This document shows, piece after piece, positions 9,294 to 16,750 of a stretch of 64,000 nt of DNA. The notes below the pieces were generated by a model. The model was given only the letters and a program-made list of their open reading frames with translations. It ran no database searches and had not been told where the DNA came from. The translations under genes were made by a program, and so were the position numbers. How positions within the stretch are numbered: the stretch's first letter is position 1; every line of letters starts with the position of its first letter. Origin of the DNA: Sphingomonadales bacterium (GTDB taxonomy: Bacteria; Pseudomonadota; Alphaproteobacteria; Sphingomonadales; Sphingomonadaceae); NCBI GenBank assembly GCA_016720115.1, contig JADJXT010000001.1:330806-394805 (forward strand), written 5' to 3'.

Positions 9294-9716
9294 TCAGAGC
9301 CCTGCAGCTGCCAGTGCGGCCTGCGCCACTTCCATGTCGTGGGAATAATGGCCACCGCTGACGCCGATGCCGCCGACCAATTCATCATCGATCTTTACCG
9401 GATAGCCGCCACCGAACACGACCAAGCGCGGTGTATGGACAATCCCGTCCAGAAGCGGCGGATCGTTCTTGATGAATTCGTGCCATTCATGTGTCGCCAT
9501 GCCGAACGACACTGCAGTATAGGCTTTGTCCTGAGCGGTGTTTACACTGAGCAGCGGGGCACGATCCATACGGAGAAACTGCACCAGCGTTCCCGACGGA
9601 TCGGTGATGGCGATGCACATCGGCACACCCATCGCCTCCGCTTTGGCAACGGCGCCGCGCATCAGCGTTTCGGCCAATTCGTTGGAAATTGTCCGGGTGG
9701 TAAGTGTCTGAGCCAT
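9294..9716 (-). CDS. GlcG/HbpS-like (DUF336) heme-binding family protein
   Basis: 140 aa from ATG 9716 (MAQTLTT...). It carries the characteristic C-terminal GGGYPVKIDDELVGGIGVSGG. Confidence 0.8.
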   Translation of the reverse strand: MAQTLTTRTISNELAETLMRGAVAKAEAMGVPMCIAITDPSGTLVQFLRMDRAPLLSVNTAQDKAYTAVSFGMATHEWHEFIKNDPPLLDGIVHTPRLVVFGGGYPVKIDDELVGGIGVSGGHYSHDMEVAQAALAAAGL

Positions 9717-9816
9717 GTCTTTTGTCCTGTTTGTCAATTTATGTGTTGATCCTGCTTGCCGCCAGCACCCACCAGCTGTCAACGAAAGACTTGAATCGGA
9801 AAAGCAGTAAATTTAG

Positions 9817-9845
9817 TTGACAATATTGCCGGTGCGTTGGACTAT
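9817..9845 (+). promoter_or_regulatory. Candidate sigma-70 promoter for the crotonase/CoA-ligase/VOC/flavin-reductase operon
   Basis: TTGACA at 9817-9822, a 17-nt spacer, then GACTAT at 9840-9845. It lies about 50 nt upstream of ATG 9895. Pattern only. Confidence 0.3.
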
Positions 9846-9894
9846 TGCTTAGGTCAGGAGATGTAGCCAGCAGACTGGCAAGGAGAGTACATCA

Positions 9895-10752
9895 ATGGAA
9901 TATCGCCACCTTGTAGTCAGCCGGGATGGTCATGTGGTCACATGCCAGATGAGCAATCCGCCTTTGCAGACGCTCAATTCACGCATGTTGGCGGAACTCC
10001 ACGACCTGCTGACCCAGATTGAGGCTGATCCGGACGTACGGGTTTTCGTCGTGACTGGCGAAAATGGCGTGTTCCTGCGCTGGATGGACCTGAACGAAAT
10101 GCAGGCCTATGCCGAGGGGGCAAAGGACCAGACGGACGGAGGCCCTTCCCAGGCCGAGGAGTTGCTGGAAATCTACCGCGCCATTCCCTCGTCGCTTAGC
10201 CGTATCCACGAACTGGCACTGCGGATCCAGAACCTGCCTGCCGTGACCATCGCGGCGATCAATGGCGTGGTGGGCGGCGGTGGCTGCGAGTTTTCGCTTT
10301 CTTTCGATTTCCGCCTGATGATGGATCACCCCGAAGGCTCTTTCGCCCTGCCGCAAACCAGTTTCGGTCTGGTTCCCGGAGGTGGCGGGGCATGGCACTG
10401 CGTACGGCTGCTCGGGCGTGCGCGCGCGCTGGACGTTTTGCTCCACGGCGAATTCATGTCACCGGCCACGGCGCTCGAACTCGGGCTGATTTCGCGCCTG
10501 TATGCGCCCGAAACTTTTGATGCCGATGTCGCCGCCTTCGTTGCCAACATGGCGGCCCGTGCGCCGTTGGCACTGCGCGGGGTGAAGGCGCTGGTCAATG
10601 TCGGCACCAGCCAGGGACAGCTTGAATTCCTCGCCCGTGAAACGGTCGAACTGGGCAAGGTGATCCACAGCGAAGACGTCAAAGGCGCGCTGGCGATGTG
10701 GCTTTCCAATCCGGATCCTGCTGCGTACAAACCGGTTTTCGAGGGTCGCTGA
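9895..10752 (+). CDS. Enoyl-CoA hydratase/isomerase (crotonase) family protein
   Basis: AAGGAGAG RBS. Crotonase core AAINGVVGGGGCEFSLSFDFRLM and typical length. Confidence 0.85.
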   Translation: MEYRHLVVSRDGHVVTCQMSNPPLQTLNSRMLAELHDLLTQIEADPDVRVFVVTGENGVFLRWMDLNEMQAYAEGAKDQTDGGPSQAEELLEIYRAIPSSLSRIHELALRIQNLPAVTIAAINGVVGGGGCEFSLSFDFRLMMDHPEGSFALPQTSFGLVPGGGGAWHCVRLLGRARALDVLLHGEFMSPATALELGLISRLYAPETFDADVAAFVANMAARAPLALRGVKALVNVGTSQGQLEFLARETVELGKVIHSEDVKGALAMWLSNPDPAAYKPVFEGR

Positions 10753-10756
10753 TATA

Positions 10757-12325
10757 ATGGGCCTGTTCGATTCTTCCGCGCTTGATCCCTATGCCGAGAA
10801 GGATGTGCACTGGCTGTTGCGTTCGCAGGCTGCGCGCCGCGGCGACGCGCCCTTCCTGATCTGGGAACCGTTTAGCGGCGAGAGCGAAACCTGGAGTTAC
10901 GCGCGTTTCTATGCCGACGCCCGCAATGTCGCGGCCGGCCTGCGGGCGCGTGGCATCGGCCATGGCGATTTCCTTTTGCTGCACGCCAATAATTGCCCGG
11001 AATTCCTGCTGACTTGGTACGCCTGTGCGATGCTGGGCGCGGTCGTGGTGACCACCAATCCACGCGCGGCGGTTGGCGAGATGACCTATTTCATCGAACA
11101 TTCGGCTGTGAAGGCGGCTGTCGTCGAGCACGGCTATCTCGAATTGTTGGCGCAAACCGGTGCGCGGCTGGATTGGATCGCCGCCATTCCGACAACCGAA
11201 AGTGGCGATTTGGACATGCCGTCCGGCATCCTGCCCTTTAGCAGTCTGCGTGCCGATGGTGCGGCGCTGGAGCTTCCGTCCCTAGATCCGATGACGCCGA
11301 TATCGGTGCAATATACATCGGGCACTACATCGAGGCCCAAGGGCGTCGTCTGGACCCACGCAAATGTGCTGTGGGGTGCACAGATCGGTGCTGCGCACAA
11401 CCAGTTGCGGACGGACGACTGCGCCATGGTCTTCACGCCGCTCTGCCACACCAATGCAATGAGTTGGGGCCACTTTCCGGTAGTCTGGTCGGGTAGCCGG
11501 ATGGTGCTGCAGCCGAAATTTTCGGCCAGCCGGTTCTGGCCATTAGCCGTCGAGCACGGCTGCACATGGGGCAATGTGATCCCCTTCGCGGTCCAGGCCG
11601 TGGTCGCGCAAGGTATTCCTGAACGCCATAGCTATCGTCACTGGGTTGTCGGTGCCGCCAATCTCGGTGACCTTGAAACGCGGTTGGGGCTCACCATTGT
11701 CGGGGCATGGGGCATGACCGAAACGGTTACCCATGGCAGTTGGACCCCGCCCCAACTGCCCGCCCCCGAACGCTCAATGGGCATGCCGGCGCCCGAATAT
11801 GAACTGAAGGTGGTCGACGATTCGGGCAATCCCGTAATCCCGGGCGAGACCGGCAATCTGAAGATCCGGGGCAAGCGGGGACGGGCGCTGTTTCTGGAAT
11901 ATCTGAACAATCCCGAAGCAACCGCAGCCAGCTTCGATGCGGAAGGCTGGTTCGACACGGGCGACCGTGTCTGGCAGACCGTGGAAGGGCATCTGCGCTT
12001 CGCTGATCGGGCAAAAGACATGCTGAAGGTCGGTGCCGAAAATGTCGCCGCAAGCGAAATCGAAGCCGTGATCGCCGCCGTGCCGGGGGTGGGCGAGGTA
12101 GCCGTAGTCGGCCGCTCCCATCCGATGCTGGATGAAGTGCCGGTGGCATTCGTCATTGCACCGGCCCCGGGCGATGCACTGCGCGCAGCCATACTGGCGG
12201 CCTGCCAGCACGAACTGGCCGGGTTCAAGGTGCCTGTCGACATAGTGTTCCTCGACGAATTCCCGCGCGCCGAGCTCAACAAGGTCGCCAAGAAGGAACT
12301 GCGCGAAATTGCCAAGGCGGGTTGA
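10757..12325 (+). CDS. AMP-dependent acyl-CoA synthetase/ligase
   Basis: Motif VQYTSGTTSRPKGVVWTH, GAWGMTE, GWFDTGDRV...DRAKDMLKVGAENV, and C-terminal PRAELNKVAKKELR. Confidence 0.9.
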   Translation: MGLFDSSALDPYAEKDVHWLLRSQAARRGDAPFLIWEPFSGESETWSYARFYADARNVAAGLRARGIGHGDFLLLHANNCPEFLLTWYACAMLGAVVVTTNPRAAVGEMTYFIEHSAVKAAVVEHGYLELLAQTGARLDWIAAIPTTESGDLDMPSGILPFSSLRADGAALELPSLDPMTPISVQYTSGTTSRPKGVVWTHANVLWGAQIGAAHNQLRTDDCAMVFTPLCHTNAMSWGHFPVVWSGSRMVLQPKFSASRFWPLAVEHGCTWGNVIPFAVQAVVAQGIPERHSYRHWVVGAANLGDLETRLGLTIVGAWGMTETVTHGSWTPPQLPAPERSMGMPAPEYELKVVDDSGNPVIPGETGNLKIRGKRGRALFLEYLNNPEATAASFDAEGWFDTGDRVWQTVEGHLRFADRAKDMLKVGAENVAASEIEAVIAAVPGVGEVAVVGRSHPMLDEVPVAFVIAPAPGDALRAAILAACQHELAGFKVPVDIVFLDEFPRAELNKVAKKELREIAKAG

Positions 12326-12378
12326 GTTCCGCCAACCTATTCGAGACCAAGGCCATTCGAGACCAAGGAGAACAAGTG

Positions 12379-13074
12379 ATGACGAGCACCGCAAACCAGC
12401 ATCCCGTCGGGGTGCACCACATCGCCTATATGGCCGGGGATATGAAGAAGCAGCTCGAATTCTTCACTCAGGTTTTGGGCTTCCCGTTGGTTGCCATTTT
12501 CGAGATGCACGGTGTTGAAGGCGCATCGCACGCCTTTCTGCGGATGAGCGACGACAGCCTGTTCAGCCTGGTGCATGTGCCCGGTGGCGACAAGATTCCG
12601 ACAACCATGGGCGTCACCCATGCCGGGCGCGGCGAGATCCCCTGCGCTCCGGGTGTGGCGCAGCATATCGCCTTTCGGGTTCCGGATGAGGCTGCGCTCT
12701 ACGCAATGCGCGATCGCGTACGCAGCCATGGCGTACCGATTGTTGGCCCGATCGATCACGGCTTCTGCAAGTCGCTCTATTTTGCCGGACCGGAAAACAT
12801 GACGCTGGAAATCGCGACCCAATATCGGGTGCTCGATGCAGCCACTTGGGTCGATCCGGAAATTCTTGCCGGGCTGGATGTTTCCAAAGAGGAAGCGGCA
12901 GCGATGGTCAACCCGGCCCCCTATAGCGGTACCCCCAATGTGGCCCAGCCAGCCTATGATCCAGCCAAGCCGCATCTTGACTATCCGAAGGAACAATATG
13001 CCAAGATGCTGGCGACGCCCGACAGCATCTATGAAGGGCTGCCTCCCTACGAACCGCCGGCGCGCCAGGCCTGA
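12379..13074 (+). CDS. VOC-superfamily (glyoxalase/extradiol-dioxygenase fold) protein
   Basis: ATG 12379 follows AAGGAG. Paired beta-alpha-beta-beta-beta module signature VHHIAYMAGDMKKQLEFFTQVLGF ... AQHIAFRV ... KSLYFAGPENMTLEIA, plus a C-terminal extension of about 80 aa. Confidence 0.7.
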   Translation: MTSTANQHPVGVHHIAYMAGDMKKQLEFFTQVLGFPLVAIFEMHGVEGASHAFLRMSDDSLFSLVHVPGGDKIPTTMGVTHAGRGEIPCAPGVAQHIAFRVPDEAALYAMRDRVRSHGVPIVGPIDHGFCKSLYFAGPENMTLEIATQYRVLDAATWVDPEILAGLDVSKEEAAAMVNPAPYSGTPNVAQPAYDPAKPHLDYPKEQYAKMLATPDSIYEGLPPYEPPARQA

Positions 13075-13080
13075 AAGACC

Positions 13081-13593
13081 ATGGACGCCAATGCATTCCG
13101 GGCGGGAATGCGACGTCTGGCTGCTGCAGTCAGCATCGTGACCGCTTATGGAGAGGATGGACCGGCGGGCGCGACCGTATCGTCCGTCACCTCCTTGTCT
13201 GCCGATCCCGAAAGCTTGCTGGTCTGCCTGAACCAGGCAACCGCCATTCACGCGACAATCGCTGCAACGTCGTATTTTGCGGTCAATGTGCTGCGCAGTT
13301 GCCATTCGGACATCGCAAACAGCTTTGCCGATCCACAGCAACGCGCCCGCCGGTTTGAAATCGGCGACTGGGATTGTTCCGATGCACTCGCGCCCTATCT
13401 GAAAGACGCGCAAGTTTCGTTCATATGCCGACTTGAACAGCTAATCGGTTTTGGAACCCATTCGATCTGCATTGGCAAGGTACTGGACGTCCGCATCCGC
13501 GACGAGTTCGATCCCCTCGTCTATGCCGAGGGAGCAATGTCCCGCATCGCTCCCTTGGCCGGTGGAGCGAACGCAGCAACCGCTATGCGCTAG
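13081..13593 (+). CDS. Flavin reductase (FMN-binding split-barrel) family protein
   Basis: FRAGMRRLAAAVSIVTA..GATVSSVTSLSADPESLLVCLN is typical of NAD(P)H-flavin reductase components of two-component monooxygenases. Confidence 0.85.
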   Translation: MDANAFRAGMRRLAAAVSIVTAYGEDGPAGATVSSVTSLSADPESLLVCLNQATAIHATIAATSYFAVNVLRSCHSDIANSFADPQQRARRFEIGDWDCSDALAPYLKDAQVSFICRLEQLIGFGTHSICIGKVLDVRIRDEFDPLVYAEGAMSRIAPLAGGANAATAMR

Positions 13594-14390
13594 GCAAGGT
13601 CCATCCTTATCGGATAGGCAATCGCCCCGTCGCGCATGATGCTGCTCGCATTGCCGAGCGTGGTTTTGAGGAAGCCGGTAAACTCGTTCTCGCTCATCTC
13701 GCCTGAGGCAAAGGCGAACTCGCGGTGTTTGGCCGAACCAAGCCCGCAGACATGCCCATCAATTTTCACATTATAGGGTGGGTCGGTGAATAGAAGGTCG
13801 ACCTGCTCATTGCCAATCAATCGGCCGAAGCAAGTGCTGTCCTGCGCATCGCCACATAGGAGCTTGTGTTTGCCCAGTATCCAGAGGTCACCCATTTGTG
13901 TAACGGCTGGGCCAGCAATATCCGGGATCTCGTCATCGACCGGATCCTTTGTATCCGGGTTGGCGTTCTGTGCATCCTCGATGATGAAATCGATTTCGGC
14001 TATATCGAAACCTGTGAGATCGAGGTCGAACTCTTCGTCGAGCAAACCCTGGAACTCGATCGCCAGAAGCTCACTATCCCAGCCCGCATTGAGCGCGAGT
14101 TTGTTGTCGGCCAGGATATAGGCGCGTGTTCGGTTTTACTGAGATGCGATAGTGCCAAAGTCGGTACCGACTTGTGGCCCAACAGTTTAGCCGCCTCGAC
14201 GCGGCCATGGCCTGCAATGATCGTGTCATCATCGCCAATCAGCACCGGATTTACAAAACCAAATCGCTCGATGCTGGCAGCGATCTGCTTTACCTGGTTC
14301 TTCGAATGTGTGCGCCAAGGGGGACGAAAAATTGTTTTGGGGACAGGACCGTTGACAACCTGACGGTGCGCGCGCGCGGACCGGCGAATT
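13590..14390 (-). pseudogene. ParB-like nuclease domain / DNA methyltransferase gene, frameshifted and 3-prime truncated
   Basis: The ParB-N part (..RPPWRTHSKNQVKQIAASIERFGFVNPVLIGDDDTIIAGHGRVEAAKLLG..) is in one frame. The continuation (..RAYILADNKLALNAGWDSELLAIEFQGLLDEEFDLDLTGF...LLFTDPPYNV..) is in another frame, with the switch near 14128-14135. The methylase domain stops shortly after the DPPY motif (..RDGAIAY) where it meets the flavin reductase gene. No start codon was found. Confidence 0.8.
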
Positions 14391-14429
14391 GCTGGTGCGC
14401 CACAAGGGTTAAATTTGCGAGGTGCTTTT

Positions 14430-14605
14430 CCCTGTTATTTTTGTAGGGAATTTGCATCTGAACCCTACGAAAACTGCCGGTTTCCTGGGACCTTTGCGGC
14501 CAAGATCGACGAAAAGCGCGCCAATTTCCCTGTAAATTCCCTGTATAACAGGGAAATCACCCGGAGACTGGTTGCAGGTGACTGCCTGCACCTCCAAGCA
14601 TATTG
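14430..14605. repeat. Repeat element copy A (CCCTGTTAT word, TTCCCTGT words, 19-bp palindrome, conserved 72-nt core)
   Basis: The core 14534-14605 aligns by hand to 16454-16526, with 63 of 73 positions identical and one 1-nt indel. It has a perfect palindrome TTCCCTGT-ATA-ACAGGGAA at 14537-14555 and further TTCCCTGT-type words at 14428-14450 and 14526-14534. Confidence 0.85.
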
Positions 14606-14697
14606 CCGTTTAATCACGGACGCCAGTCTCTGGCCGCAGAAACGAGGGGCGCTGTCTTGTGCCGGGAAGACCAACGAAGCGCGGCAAAGGACAAGCG

Positions 14698-16101
14698 CTA
14701 CTCCGCCTTCACCACAGGCGGGGGAGCATATTTGCCATCCAGCACGGCTTGCCTGGGCCCGTACATTCGCAGGATCATCCAGAACTTGCCGTCGGGGCTG
14801 GGCAGCCAGTTCGAGGCCGAACGCCCGCTCGGGCGATCGTGCTGGATATGCAGCGTGACTGATCCGTCGCGACTGCGTTTAAGACCGGGTGTGCGATCGC
14901 CGATCGCGTAACGGCCGATCGGATTGGCAACCAGCTGGTTGTTCTCAACCTCGTACATCGTCACCGACCAGAAGGAATCGACCGGCGGCAGCTGGTCGGC
15001 GGCGAAGTGGATGGTGTAGCGGTTTTCGCCGCTCAGCGCCGCGCCCTTGCTATCCGCAAAGGTGGGGAGGTACATGGCTTCCTGGGCAATGTTCCCGCCA
15101 TAGCCGGTCAGGGCAACCGCCGAAGCCAGCAAGCGATTGTCGCCATAGCGACCGATCGCGGTGGACACCCGCCAGCCATTGCTCATCGTGCCGAATTCGC
15201 GCGCGTGGAAGCGCACGCGGTTGAATGCAGCGCGTGCGGCGCGCAGCAGGCCCCGCTTTTGCGCTTCGGTCAAAGCCTCCGGATTGAACGTCTGTCCAGG
15301 GCCGATGCCAAGCGACTTGGCGAGCCCGGCGACTTCGCGATCCTGCTCGCGGACACCTGCAAAGGCCCAGGCCCGATTGAGCAGGCTGAAGAAATCGAGG
15401 TTCTGCCAAAGCGGGTTGCTCAGCTTCGGATCGGGCGGCGGCGTCGTTGCCGGAATTTCAAGATAGCGCGCATCAGCGTTCAATGGCTTGAGCGAGAAGG
15501 TCTTGAGCATGGCAACGGCCTTGCCGATATCGGACTTGGTTTCCGGCACCACGACCACGCGGGCCTGCAGGAACACGCCGGTCGTGGTCACTTCGATCCG
15601 GGTTACGCCGTCGGGCAGCGTACCGTTCCAACCCGGCGGGACATAGGCATAAGTGCCTGCCTGCGATCCGACCCGGCTGCCCACATAGTCGAGGCTGTTC
15701 AGCGCCCAGTCAGTGGCCTGGACGACCCAGTATCTATCCGGCACTTGGGGAATGGTCATCAGCACCGGGCCCTGCCGCAAGTCCAGCCACGCCAGACCGT
15801 AAATCGTATCGTTGTTCGGCGTGAAGTCGATTGCCGAACCGGGGTTCGCAAGATCGGGATAGATATTGAATCGGTTGAGCGGCGCGTTGAGTGGCGCATT
15901 GGGATTGATGTCCCGCTCCATCAATATCTGCGACCGCGCATAGACCGCGCCGGTGATGTAGGCCTGATACCCCAGCGCGAAAGCTTCGGCTTCCTGCTGG
16001 TCTTCCGCCGCAGTCTGGGCCTGGGCCGGACTGGGCGACAGCGGAACCATCGCGCTCGCCGCAAGTGCCGTTGCCATGACAATGCTTCGGACATGTCTCA
16101 T
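14698..16101 (-). CDS. Secreted DUF1254/DUF1214 domain protein (function unknown)
   Basis: Signal peptide MATALAASAMVPLSPSPAQAQ. Recognisable family blocks DRYWVVQATDWALNSLDYVGSR, YVPPGWNG, FWSVTMY and NWLPSPDGKFWMILRMYGP. Confidence 0.8.
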   Translation of the reverse strand: MRHVRSIVMATALAASAMVPLSPSPAQAQTAAEDQQEAEAFALGYQAYITGAVYARSQILMERDINPNAPLNAPLNRFNIYPDLANPGSAIDFTPNNDTIYGLAWLDLRQGPVLMTIPQVPDRYWVVQATDWALNSLDYVGSRVGSQAGTYAYVPPGWNGTLPDGVTRIEVTTTGVFLQARVVVVPETKSDIGKAVAMLKTFSLKPLNADARYLEIPATTPPPDPKLSNPLWQNLDFFSLLNRAWAFAGVREQDREVAGLAKSLGIGPGQTFNPEALTEAQKRGLLRAARAAFNRVRFHAREFGTMSNGWRVSTAIGRYGDNRLLASAVALTGYGGNIAQEAMYLPTFADSKGAALSGENRYTIHFAADQLPPVDSFWSVTMYEVENNQLVANPIGRYAIGDRTPGLKRSRDGSVTLHIQHDRPSGRSASNWLPSPDGKFWMILRMYGPRQAVLDGKYAPPPVVKAE

Positions 16102-16417
16102 ATCTGTGCTCCCCTCGCCCCGTTCGCAGTTCCTATGCGCCTGTTACGCTGCGAACCTGCCCTGTGTCGAATCCAAACGCATTATGTTTTTGGAGTGTCC
16201 GTTCGTGCGCAGTAACCACTCGCTGATCAATCGCTCAACGGGGGGTGTTTGTAAGCGGAATCAAGTTCCTTGACCGATGCAGCAACCGAACCCGGTTCGA
16301 GATGGCGGGGGTAGTTGTGCCGGACGAGTTCGGCTTTTTCCTCGACGATAAACTGCCTCCCGTCTTTCACACACATCATAAATGGGTGGCGATTCACCTC
16401 AAATGACGGAAGGCTCT

Positions 16418-16526
16418 CCCTGTTATGGAAATGCCTTCCTGTCATCGCGGAGGAAATTCCCTGGATAACAGGGAAATCACGCAGAGAAATGGTTGCCAGT
16501 GACTACCCGCACCTCCAGGCATATTG
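16418..16526. repeat. Repeat element copy B
   Basis: CCCTGTTAT at 16418-16426, near-palindrome TTCCCTGG-ATA-ACAGGGAA at 16457-16475, and core 16454-16526 matching copy A in the same orientation. Confidence 0.85.
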
Positions 16527-16750
16527 TTACCTCGTCAATTTGCAGCGCCATCAAACAAAGGCGATATGCGTGCGGAGTGAAGTCGACGCTGTCTATTGTC
16601 GGACGCGCAGTGCCGGATAGATATCTGTGCATAACACATCATGCCAATTGATAGTGATCAGGTGGATTGATTTATGTCAATTGGCGTGTCGCTGCGTTGC
16701 CTAGAATGTGCGCCTGATCCTGACCCCAAAAGGGGCAAGCGGAGGCGTGA

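Noticed and set aside
14430-14605. Repeat element as a tRNA fragment, attachment site or riboswitch
   Set aside because: The TGGAGGTGC... end on the reverse strand superficially resembles a tRNA 3-prime end, but no T-arm or acceptor pairing can be drawn. The AGGGAA word is not followed by the other cobalamin-riboswitch blocks. It is kept as an unexplained repeat instead.
16227-16445. 72-codon ORF between the DUF1254 gene and repeat copy B
   Set aside because: There is no family resemblance, its start lies inside the repeat element, and it has no convincing RBS. It could still be a small protein, which ribosome profiling would test.
16527-16750. Possible cobalamin riboswitch or NrdR box in the long leader of nrdJ
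   Set aside because: I found no B12-box-like core (GCCACTG-type element with the conserved GGTG..AA..CC and CCCGC.AC segments in register) and no ACAC-N8-GTGT NrdR-type palindrome pair. Only loose ATTGAT/CAATTG word repeats occur at 16644-16683. A covariance-model scan (Rfam RF00174) would settle it.
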